Assembly (NCBI RefSeq): GCF_035594765.1
Contig: NC_085845.1
Span: forward strand, 206,779,072-206,843,071
Source: Anolis carolinensis
Lineage: Eukaryota
DNA: 64,000 nt
Direction: 5' to 3'
Shown here: in pieces, positions 27,601 through 39,102 of the stretch
How positions within the stretch are numbered: position 1 is the first letter of the stretch
Layout: each line of letters opens with the position of its first letter
The notes under the pieces: model-generated
Seen by the model: the letters and a program-made list of their open reading frames with translations, nothing else
Told to the model about the DNA's origin: nothing
The model's database searches: none
Made by a program: the position numbers and the translations under genes

Positions 27601-28558
27601 AATATATTGTATGTAAATATAACTTCTAAGCCGCCCTGAGTCCACTTCGGGGTGAGAAGGGCGGGATATAAATGTTGCTAATAAATAAAGAAATAAAGAA
27701 AGACATTTACATTGAAGAACATGAGAATAATGATTTGATCTGAGTTGGACAGTCTTATCTTAAATTTGAGCTTTATGTAAATATTCAAAAACATTTAACC
27801 TACTGATGCATCAATTAATGTAATTGTATTGGTATCTATTTTTATTTTTGAAATTTGCCACCCTTGGCTTATACTAGAGTCAAAGTTTTCCCAGATTTTT
27901 GTGGTAAAGTTAGGTGCCTCAGTTTATAATTTTGGAGACACCATTCTAAACATATTGAGGCCTGGAAAACAACTAGACTCATGGACTGTAATTAAAAGTT
28001 GCCAAACTGCTGACATTGATGAACTGTTGACAATGATCACCTGTTGAACTTTTGGGGAGAAACAATGTGTTTACATTAATCAGAGACAATGGCTCTTTAA
28101 GTTCAGGAAATGTTTGCAAGGTATCCTTATGTTAAGTAGGAAGTCAACCCAGAGCTGCTTGTGTTTAGGAACACCAATTACATAGAATCAGCATCTGCCA
28201 GGAAGGAAGAGATGAAGCCAGGAGGTTTCAGGCCAGAAAAATATCTATCATCCATTTGCAGCCTTTTGGAACAACATCATCAGAAATGTCTATCTTCTTC
28301 TATATATATAAAAGGGCGATGAAATTTCGGCCTAGGACAAAACAACAAAACTACACATCCCAGAAACACTAAACTTGGCAACACAACCATTCATCCATGC
28401 CTCTATGTTCATACAACAAAAAGAAAAGAAAAATGAAGTCCTAATTAGAGGGAGAGGAATAATTGTTTTTTATCCAGTTGCTGCCAGTTAGAAGGCTAAG
28501 CTCTGCCCACTTGGTCTCCTAGCAACCTACTCAGCCCAACAGATGGCCACCCAGCCTC

Positions 28559-28621
<63 letters not shown>

Positions 28622-31600
28622 TAATACAATCCTAAGGTTAGCAGATACCCCTAAGGATCATCCAGTTCAACTTCCTTATATCATGCAGGAGGACACAATC
28701 CAACCACTCCTCACAGATGGCCATCCAATATCTGCACAATAATAATACACATCGAATCATAGCATCAGACAGTTAGGAGACACCCCTAAAGGCCATCCAG
28801 TCCAATCCAATTCTGCCATGCAGGACACAATCCAAACACTCCCAACAGATGGCCACCAGCCTCTCAATACTACTACTACTGCTACTACTACTACTACTAA
28901 TAATAATAACAACAAAAACATCATAATACAATCCTAAGGTTTGGAGTGACCCCTAAGGATCATCCAGATCAACTTCCTTCTACCACGCAGGAGGACACAA
29001 TCCAAGCACTCCTGACAGATGGCCATCCAGTGTTATGATTGAGCCTCATGGCTCTGTTACTGACAGACGTGGGCGTAAGACTCCTCGAGAGTCAGATACT
29101 CTCGAGGAGCGAGAGAGAAAAAGACTGCGAGACATATTTGCAGCACCATCTGACGAGGAGTCTTTCGAAGGGTTTACGGAGAGAATGGAGGAGGGGCTGG
29201 TTAGCTCAGAGGAGGATGAGATGGATTGGACTCGGGTAAGGGAGGAAGTGGGTGCCACTGGCCATGATGGGACAGAAGATGAATGGGGACCTTCAGGATT
29301 AGACCCATGGTTTAGCTGGAGGGATGGGACGGGATCCACAGCTGGAGATGCTGTTGGGCGTAGTCAGAGGTGTTCCAGCTCTGACGAGGAAAGTGATGAG
29401 GAAACGCCCGGGTTAAGGAGGACAGCTGACAGTGATGAAGATTTGTAACTGGCATAAAATGGGGCTTGGGAGCAATTGCAAATTGCGTTGGGCAAGGTAA
29501 TCTGGGCAAACGCTTGGGATCCGTGTGTGTGTGGGACGCTTCCCTGAAGACTTGTGTGCTTTCCTGTGCTGTGACGTAAGTTGATTGGAATCCAGGGTCA
29601 GACGGCGGGAGGGATTGTGTGGGCATTTGTTTGTGCAAACCTGTGCTTACTCTTATTAGCTTGACCTTCCGTCGTCTTCTTGACGGACGCCATCTCCTGC
29701 TTTGAGAACTCGGACTGAACTGACCACGGCTTGTCTTCCCCCCCTTCTTGGACTTGGAAAAACTACAAACGTCTGCTTCTGGCTTTGATCTACGGAACGG
29801 AACTGGTCTACTCAACTGCTACAATCCTTGGCTGTTTTACTCGTGTTGGAGATCCTGTCTGCTGTGTGTGTGGGGGAGCGACGCAAGTTACTCTAAGCAC
29901 AGTGTTGGCAGCAGAGAGGAATCTGCTGCCAATTAGTTGCATTCTTTGTATCTTTTGTTCCTTGGCTTTCGTTTCGTTTATACCCAGGCTGACGCAAGCA
30001 GTTTGTTTTTACCCGGATTAAACTCCGGTTTAATCCGGTTTATCTTTTGAACATTTACTTTTGCCCCTTTTTGCTCCTAAAGGCAAAAACTGCCTGGCCC
30101 TTGTGTTTTACGGGCATTTTTGAGTTCTGTAATCTAATAAACTCTGTTACTTTGAATCTTGTGGCGTTCTGTCCTTGACAGATTGCCCAACGCCATAAAA
30201 AGTTTATTGCAGCAATAAACCCGTCAGGAAGACGATGGATGAGTTAAGGGCCAAAGTAGACCAATTGCAAACGGCTTTTACCGTTAGCCAAACAGCTCAG
30301 GCTGTGAAAGGACATGTTTTGACTCCTGAACGCTTTGACGGAACCAGGTGCAAGTTGCCAACCTTTTTGGCACAAGTGGAGCTTTATTTTTCTCAGCTCA
30401 GTGCTCATGCTTTTCCTACAGACACTAGCAAGGTGGCCTTTATTTTGAGTTTGTTGACCGGTCCCGCAGGACAATGGGCCACTAATTTAATTTTGGGAAA
30501 TGACCCAGTCAAGGACAATTTGAATAATTTCAAAAAGTTGTTAACTGATACTTTTGGGGATCCTCTCCGCACGGAGAACGCTGGGTGGGCTCTGTATCGG
30601 TTGAAACAGGGAAAGGGGACTGTTTTGGATTACTTAAATAAGTTTAACCTGTATCGCCACCAGCTGGATTGGGGGGAAAATGCATTCATGCTTTTATTTA
30701 CTGCCGGGTTAAGTGATATGCTCCAGGATGAATTAGCACGCTTGGAGCCGGCTGAAAGCTGGGACGCCTTAGTAGCTAAGGTGCTGCGTTTAGACGCAAG
30801 GTTCGAGGCTCGTAAACACTCAAAAGCAATGTGTGCGCCACCCATGCATGTAACCAGGGCACCTGTGGTGATGGGGGAAGAGCCCATGGAGCTTGGGGTC
30901 TTTAAAAAGCTGTCTACAGAGGAAAAGAGCCGTAGGAGGCAGCTGGGCTTGTGTTTGTACTGTGGGAATGCTGGGCATTTTGCCAAAAATTGTAATGTGA
31001 AACCTTCCCAGCTTTCGGGAAAAGGCCAGCCCTAGTGCGACGTGAGTCCAACGCACTAGGGCTCCTCAAGCAGTCAACTGAGGGGAGGAAGCATGTTTTC
31101 GTACCCATTACATTATCTGTTGGGGGAAGGGAACTTGTTTCTACTTTGGCACTGCTGGACTCAGGGGCTACGGTCTCCTATGTAGATATTGAGTTTGCTA
31201 AGAAGCATGGCATTCCTAGAGTGCGCAAGGCATGCGACGTGTGGGTGGAAGGAGCAGATGGGAGACTGCTGGAGACTGGGGTGGTTAACCATGAAACCTC
31301 AGCAGTAACGTGGGAGGTGCAGGGAGTAACGGGAACGTTTGTGTGGGATATTACGAGCTTGCCTAGATATGATGTGATCCTGGGGATGGATTGGCTAGCT
31401 GTAGTAAACCCACATGTAGATTGGGCAACACGTAAAGTGATCTTAAAGAGGCAGGACTGTTGCACTCTAAATGTTACTCATTCTGATATGGAGGGAGTGC
31501 CTGCTGAGTATGGGGAGTTCTCTGATGTATTTTGTAAAAGAGAAGCGGACAAATTACCACCGCACAGGCCATATGATTGCGCCATCAAGTTGGCAGAAGG

Positions 31601-34600
31601 TGCGAAACTGCCAGCAGGGAGGCTGTATGCCTTGACTGTACCGGAAAGGCAAGCTTTGCGGGAGTTTCTAGATGAAAATTTAGCCAAGGGGTTTATTCGC
31701 CCATCTAGTTCTCCAACTGCGGCACCGGTATTCTTTGTAGCCAAAAAGACTGGGGAACTTAGGTTGGTCTGTGACTATCGGATCCTAAACAAATACACCA
31801 TTCGGGATAGGTACCCGCTCCCTTTAATCTCGGAATTGTTATCAAGGGTGCAAGGGGCTAAGGTCTTTACCAAGCTTGACCTGCGGGGGGCCTATAACTT
31901 AATCCGTATACGGGAAGGGGATGAATGGAAGACGGCATTTAACACGTGTTTCGGATGCCACGAGTTCCGAGTCATGCCTTTTGGGCTTTGTAATGCTCCT
32001 GCGGTATTCCAGAGGTTCATGAACGATGTGTTCAGGGACCTAATTGACCAATTTTTAGTGATTTATTTGGATGATATCTTGATTTTTTCTAAGGACGAGA
32101 AAGAACATCGTCAACATGTCAAGCAGGTTCTGCACCGACTGCGGGCTAATGGGCTTTTCGCCAAGGCTTCCAAGTGCGTCTTTCATGTGCCTGAAGTGGA
32201 GTTCCTAGGTCATGTAGTGTCAGGTAGGGAACTTAAAATGGACCCACATAAGGTTGACGCCGTCAACTCATGGCAGGAGCTGAAGACTAAGAAGGATGTA
32301 CAAAGGTTCTTGGGTTTCGCTAATTACTACCGGGAGTTTATTCCGAATTTTGCAAAGCTCACGGTACCTTTGACGCAGCTTCTGCGCAAGAAACAGCCAT
32401 TTGTGTGGGGGCGGGAAGCTCACGAGGCGTTTCTACAACTAAAGTCTAGTTTTCAATCGGACAACATACTAACCCATCCTGATGTTGACAGACCGTTCGT
32501 GGTAGAAGCGGACGCTTCTAGCTACGCGTTGGGGGCTGTATTGTCTCAGAAGGATTCCTCAGGGACCTTGCGTCCCTGTGGATTTTACTCGCGGCAACTA
32601 ACACCCTTCGAGCAGAACTATACCATATGGGAGAAGGAGTTGTTGGCGATTAAGGTGGCGTTTGAGGTGTGGCGGCACTGGCTTGAAGGGGCACGGCACC
32701 AGATCGTGGTCAGATCTGATCACAAGAACTTAGAGCACTTGCAAACAGCAAAGAAGTTAAACCAGCGTCAAATCCGCTGGGCTTTGTTTTTCTCCAGGTT
32801 TAACTTCAAGGTACAGTTCGTGGAGGGGAAGGCAAACTTGCGGGCCGATGCTTTATCCCGCAAGCCGGAATTTAAGACCAATGAGCAGGTAGTATGTCAG
32901 ACCATCTTGCCTACTGCCTCTCTGTGTGTTGTAGATAATGAGCTTGGGTTACATGACCAGATCCTTGAGGCTCAGAAGGATGATGTGTGGACTCAGGAGC
33001 AACTGATGCTGCTCTCTGCAGGTAACCGTACCATACTGCCGCATCTCCAGGATCAAGACGGGGTATTGGTGCGTAGGGGGCAGGTTTACGTACCAGTAGG
33101 GACCCTCAGGTTGGAGGTGATTAGAGCCCACCATGACGAACCCATGGCTGGGCACTTTGGCAGGTTCAAGACCGTACAGCTTATCACCAGGAGCTACTGG
33201 TGGCCAAAGATGCGGCAAGACATTCTGCGCTTTTGTGACAGCTGCGCCGTTTGTCAGCAGAGTAAGACGCCTGTTGGGCGCCCTAGAGGGTTGTTATCGT
33301 CTTTACCTGTTCCGGAGAGGCCATGGCAAATCATTTCCATGGATTTTATTTCAGATTTGCCTAAGTCTGGGGGTTATACTTGTATTTGGGTGGTGGTGGA
33401 TTTATTTAGTAAACTGGCTCATTTTATTCCTTGTTCAACCATTCCGGCGGCCCCTACGTTGGCCTTACTATTTACAAAGCACATCTATCGTTTGCACGGA
33501 GCACCCGAGGTGATTATTTCAGATAGGGCTCCGCAATTTGTGTCACGCTTTTGGAAACACTTCCATGAGTGTTTGGGGACTAAGTTAAACGTGTCTTCAG
33601 CTTTCCATCCGCAAACGGATGGACAGTCGGAACGGGTTAATGGGCTCTTAGAGCAGTATCTGCGTTGTTTTTGTTTAGATCAACCCACGGCTTGGGTAAA
33701 GTGGTTACCGGTGGCGGAATTTGCTTACAATAATGCGGTGCACACGTCTAGTCAGCATACGCCATTTGAGCTAACTTATGGTTTTCACCCACGGGGAGGT
33801 GTGGCGCCGTCGACCAATGTGGTCTCTTCGGACCCTGTGTACCGCTCTTCGGAAATGGCTGCATTGCATGATGTTGCCCGTCGCTTACTGTTGGAAGCTA
33901 AGGCAACGCAGAAGACTCAGGCTGACCGCCACAGGCAGGCAGGGGAGGAGTTGGAAGAAGGGGATTTGGTGTGGTTATCTTCCAAACATATTAAACAGGC
34001 TGGGGGAAAGTTTGCGCCTCGGTATTTGGGTCCCTTTCCTATCGTTAAAAAGATTTCTTCTGTTGCGTTTCGTTTGCGTTTACCGTCTAGTTTAAAGGTC
34101 CATCCAGTCTTTCATCGTTCACTGTTGAAACTTGATACCTCTAGTCGTCGTGGTGCTATAGCGGAGGGTATCACTGCCACTTCTCCGCCATCGGGGGAGG
34201 AGGCCTTTGTGAGAGGGGATAGTGTTATGATTGAGCCTCATGGCTCTGTTACTGACAGACGTGGGCGTAAGACTCCTCGAGAGTCAGATACTCTCGAGGA
34301 GCGAGAGAGAAAAAGACTGCGAGACATATTTGCAGCACCATCTGACGAGGAGTCTTTCGAAGGGTTTACGGAGAGAATGGAGGAGGGGCTGGTTAGCTCA
34401 GAGGAGGATGAGATGGATTGGACTCGGGTAAGGGAGGAATTGGGGGCCACTGGCCATGATGGGGCAGAAGATGAATGGGGACCTTCAGGATTAGACCCAT
34501 GGCTTAGCTGGAGGGATGGGACGGGATCCACAGCTGGAGATGCTGTTGGGCGTAGTCAGAGGTGTTCCAGCTCTGACGAGGAAAGTGATGAGGAAACGCC

Positions 34601-37600
34601 CGGGTTAAGGAGGACAGCTGACAGTGATGAAGATTTGTAACTGGCATAAAATGGGGCTTGGGAGCAATTGCAAATTGCGTTGGGCAAGGTAATCTGGGCA
34701 AACGCTTGGGATCCGTGTGTGTGTGGGACGCTTCCCTGAAGACTTGTGTGCTTTCCTGTGCTGTGACGTAAGTTGATTGGAATCCAGGGTCAGACGGCGG
34801 GAGGGATTGTGTGGGCATTTGTTTGTGCAAACCTGTGCTTACTCTTATTAGCTTGACCTTCCGTCGTCTTCTTGACGGACGCCATCTCCTGCTTTGAGAA
34901 CTCGGACTGAACTGACCACGGCTTGTCTTCCCCCCCTTCTTGGACTTGGAAAAACTACAAACGTCTGCTTCTGGCTTTGATCTACGGAACGGAACTGGTC
35001 TACTCAACTGCTACAATCCTTGGCTGTTTTACTCGTGTTGGAGATCCTGTCTGCTGTGTGTGTGGGGGAGCGACGCAAGTTACTCTAAGCACAGTGTTGG
35101 CAGCAGAGAGGAATCTGCTGCCAATTAGTTGCATTCTTTGTATCTTTTGTTCCTTGGCTTTCGTTTCGTTTATACCCAGGCTGACGCAAGCAGTTTGTTT
35201 TTACCCGGATTAAACTCCGGTTTAATCCGGTTTATCTTTTGAACATTTACTTTTGCCCCTTTTTGCTCCTAAAGGCAAAAACTGCCTGGCCCTTGTGTTT
35301 TACGGGCATTTTTGAGTTCTGTAATCTAATAAACTCTGTTACTTTGAATCTTGTGGCGTTCTGTCCTTGACATCCAGCCTCAACAAGTTCTCACCAACAC
35401 CACCAGACAACGCCACAACAACGCGTGGCTGGGCACAGCTAGTTCTATATATATAAAAATGTTTATTATTATTATTATTATTATTTATTAAACTTTATTT
35501 GTACCCTGCTAGCATCTCCCGAAGGACTCGATGCGGCTTACAAAGGCCAAGGCCTCAACACACAATATAATAATACAAAACAAAAGACAAATTAAAAACA
35601 ATTAAAACAGTATAAACAACAAGCAATAAACAATACGCTAAAACACAATAAAACATATAAAAATGTTCTGACCATTTCTAATTTAAACAGCGAAACTACA
35701 CACCCAAAACCCACGAAACTTGACCACAAAAGACATTGTCATCCCCACTGTGTTTAGACATCAAAAAAACAAGAAAAGTAAAGTCCGAATTAGAGGGAGA
35801 AGAATCATTGTTTTTTCCCATTGCTGCCAGTTAGAAGGCTAAACTCCGCCCACTTTGTTTCCTAGCAACCCACTCAGCCATTTAATGGCACCCAGGGCCG
35901 CTTCAATCAGGCCTCTTCCACACTGCCTATAAAATACAGATGATCTGACTTGAACTGGATTATATGGCAGTGTAGACTCAAGGCCTGTGACTAAAGTAAT
36001 CTTCAGAGGCCTTCAACAACACATTTTGATCTCCTCACCTCTTAAGTGTCTAATTGGATAGAGACCAATTCCTACCGCCTGTTAGGAATGGTGGGAATTG
36101 AAGTCCAGAACACCTGGAGGAGGGTTGAAGTTGGCCCAAAACTGCTGGATGGGGTTGGCTGCCTTTGAAAGGGACGCACCTGGGCCAGGTACTTCTGGTG
36201 CGGCCCCCGCAGGCGCAGGGTCTCCCCATCGAGGTCGGCCTCCAGCAGGAAGGAGCCCAAAGGAGTGGCATTTCGGGACCCGGCATACACGTCACCACCT
36301 GTGAAGACCAGAAGGGGCATGGGCAAACTCAGTCCCTCCGGGTGTTTTGGACTGCAACTCCCACCCTTCCTCACAGCCTCAGGCCCCTTCCTTTTCCCCC
36401 TCAGCCGCTTTAGCGCAGTCCAAAACAGGCCCAGTGAGCCCATCCTTCCCAAAGGAGACTCGCCTTGGAGGACGGAGAGGAAGCGGGCGGCGGCGGGGCT
36501 GCGGAGGGCGACGCGGGGCGGGAGGCGCTGCACCTGGAACCACTCCTGCTCCTCCCCTCCCTCCCCGACGGCGTCGTCGGGGTCTGCGGGGCGGAGGAGT
36601 CCGCGGGGCCCCTGCGGGAAGAGCGGGCGCCCGCGCTGGTCCGAGAGCGCGGCCCACCCGCCGGGGCGCAGGCGCAGGAGCAGCGCGGTCTTGCTCGACG
36701 GCTGCGAGGCCAGGCGCCCCTCGCGGGACACGAAGCGCCGCCTGCAGGCCTCCAGGTGCACGCAGGCGCCGCCCCTTGCGCGCCGGACCAAGAAGCCGCA
36801 CTGGGGTCCCTCGGGCTCGTCGGCGTCGACCCAGACGCGGCAGAGTTCGGGATCGGCGCGCGCATAGCGGCCCCGGGGCGGGTGGAAGAGGCAGGCCAAG
36901 GCCGGGGCGGCCAGGCGCGGGAGCCAGAGGCCTCGCGGCGAAGGCGGGCACGCCACGCAGAAGACGTCCTCGCCGTCCGACTCCAGGAAGCGGCCCCCGC
37001 CTCCGCCGCCTTCGCCTTCGCCGGCCTCGCACAAGCTCCAGGCCCCGCTCGCGTGCGCCTCCACCACGAAGAGCGTGCCCTCCCCCGGCAGCGGCGACGT
37101 CCGCACCGCTCCGCCTGCCTCTGCCACCAGGGGGCGCCCCCCGGGCCCACGCAGGCACGCCCACCACCGGGGAGGCCCCGCCCCCGGCCCCGCCGCCTCC
37201 GGCACCGCCTCCAGCAGCCACGTCTAAACAAGGGGGGGAAGAGAGCGCGTCCATACAGCACGAACACCCAATGTTTCAGTTAAGTTACTGTTGGGTTATC
37301 TAGCAATCATGCCTGCCTTTTCAATGTGGGATGGTTTATGTAGTTTGTTTGGTTGTTGCTTAAGGAGCCCCGGTGGCTCAGTGTGTTAAAGCACTCAGCT
37401 GCTGAACTTGCAGACTGAAAGGTCCCAGGTTCAAACCCCAGGAGCGGCGTGAGCACCCGCTGTTAGCTCCAGCTCCTGCCAACCTAGCAGTTCGAAAACA
37501 TGCCAATGTGAGTAGATCAATAGGTACCGCTCCGGCAGGAAGGTAATGGCGCTCCATGCAGTCATGCCCATGGCCACATGACCTTGGAGGTGTCTACGGA

Positions 37601-39064
37601 CAATGCCGGCTCTTCGGCTTAGAAATGGAGATGAGCACCAACCCCCAGAGTCAGACATGACTGGACTTAAGGTCAGGGGAAAACCTTACCCTTGTTTGTT
37701 GCTTAGTAACCTGTGAAGTGGGAAATTTATTTATTTATTTATTTATTTACAGGATTTATATTCCGCCCTTCTCACCCCGAAGGGGACTCAGGGCGGATCA
37801 CATTACACATATAGGCAAACATTCAATGCCTTTTGACACAGGACAAAGACAAACAACATAGCTCCGAGCGGGCCTCGAACTTATGACCTCCTGGTCAGTG
37901 ATTCATTGCAGTTAATTGCAACTGGTTTGCTCTCCCGTCTGCGCCACAGCCCTGGGAAAGGGGAGTATACTTCATGGAGACATACAGGAAGTTACATACA
38001 CCTTTAGAATTTGGGGTATATAAGGGGAGACTTTCTTTTGTTCTCTCTCTTGATCCTAATATACAAAATATCTACACAAACACAAGATGGTCTATGCATA
38101 AAGAAAATATAATGTCCAAATTGGATACATAGTATTATTAAAGTTCCCCATACAAAGCTCAATTCGGTAGTACCAGACAAAATGAAAAGCAGCAACAGCT
38201 CTAACACAAAAGTTATCTAAGTCTGATATTGTTTCCAATGTATATAGACTTCAGGGATACATAGTCACTGAAAATATCTTCCAAACGAAGTAAACAGACG
38301 GTTGGTCATGTTGCTGTATACAGAATGAAGAAAATAATGATGGAGCACCGCTCTCAAAAAAGTCCAAATAAAGTCCCAAATAAAGTCCCAAGTCTCCAGG
38401 GGTTCCCGGGGGGGGGGGGGGGGTCCCCTTCTTCAGGAGTTGGTATAATCAGCAACAATGAACTTATATCCAAACTTCTAACTTCCATGATGCTAAGAGA
38501 TATGTAGTATCCTGATGGAGATAGGCCCTGCATGATCCTGGCCTACTATATTTTGTATCTTGAACTATATTCTTTGGAACTAAGATGTTTTACCTGTATG
38601 ACCATCATCATACAAGATTGTGAGTAAACATACTTTTACTATTTTACTTTTGGTGTCTCTGATGTTTATTTTATGCGCATGACTCTTTAAAGGGAAAGGG
38701 AGGCTGGCTATTTTGCTTTTCCTTACCTCTGCTCACATAAACCCCTAGTCTTCTGTGTTTTTTGCTACTCTGCAGCAATATCTAACCACATTGGTATCGT
38801 AATAATAACAGGTTATGAACATATTTTCTAATAATTATTCTGTCCATGCTGCTAGCTGTGAAAGAGTTAATCATTGGAACATTATGGAGCATGTGTACAA
38901 CAGAGAAGGAAGTTCAATCTCACAACAACCGGGAGGCTGGGCACTGAATTAATGAGCTGATAAGGGACAATTTATATGTAGTTGCCTCCATTGTGATCGC
39001 TCTCTCTTCTGTCGTGACCATGCTAACAGGACGGGCTGGGCTTTAGCTCAGCAGGCTAATCACC

Positions 39065-39102
<38 letters not shown>

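Larger units (their letters stand above)
29031..35372 (+). mobile_element. Full-length Ty3/Gypsy LTR retrotransposon (sushi/Tf1/PEG10-related lineage), intact and recent
   Basis: 1150-bp LTRs with TG...CA ends at 29031-30180 and 34223-35372; 5-bp TSD TCCAG (29026-29030, 35373-35377); PPT GAGAGGGGATAG 34211-34222; uninterrupted gag and pol. Confidence 0.98.
28293..35442 (+). mobile_element. Non-autonomous Helitron interrupted by the Gypsy element
   Basis: 5' end A|TCTTCTTCTATATATATAAAA; 3' GCCAC..GTGGC hairpin (35412-35429) then CTAG|T at 35439-35442. Related in sequence to the - strand copy at 42694-43158. Confidence 0.7.

Noticed and set aside
26100-28290. ERV or solo-LTR-like sequence, partly shared with 58320-58585
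   Set aside because: Clearly repetitive, but termini and TSD could not be defined by eye
28540-29030. CRISPR-like repeat-spacer array
   Set aside because: Eukaryotic context; the units are degenerate CR1-tail copies separated by microsatellites
30181-30200. tRNA primer binding site
   Set aside because: Lacks the TGG complementary to tRNA CCA; better explained by self-priming
34130-34222. Chromodomain at the integrase C-terminus
   Set aside because: No Y.VE.I / YLVKWKG / TWEP-type motifs; the frame passes directly into the PPT and LTR
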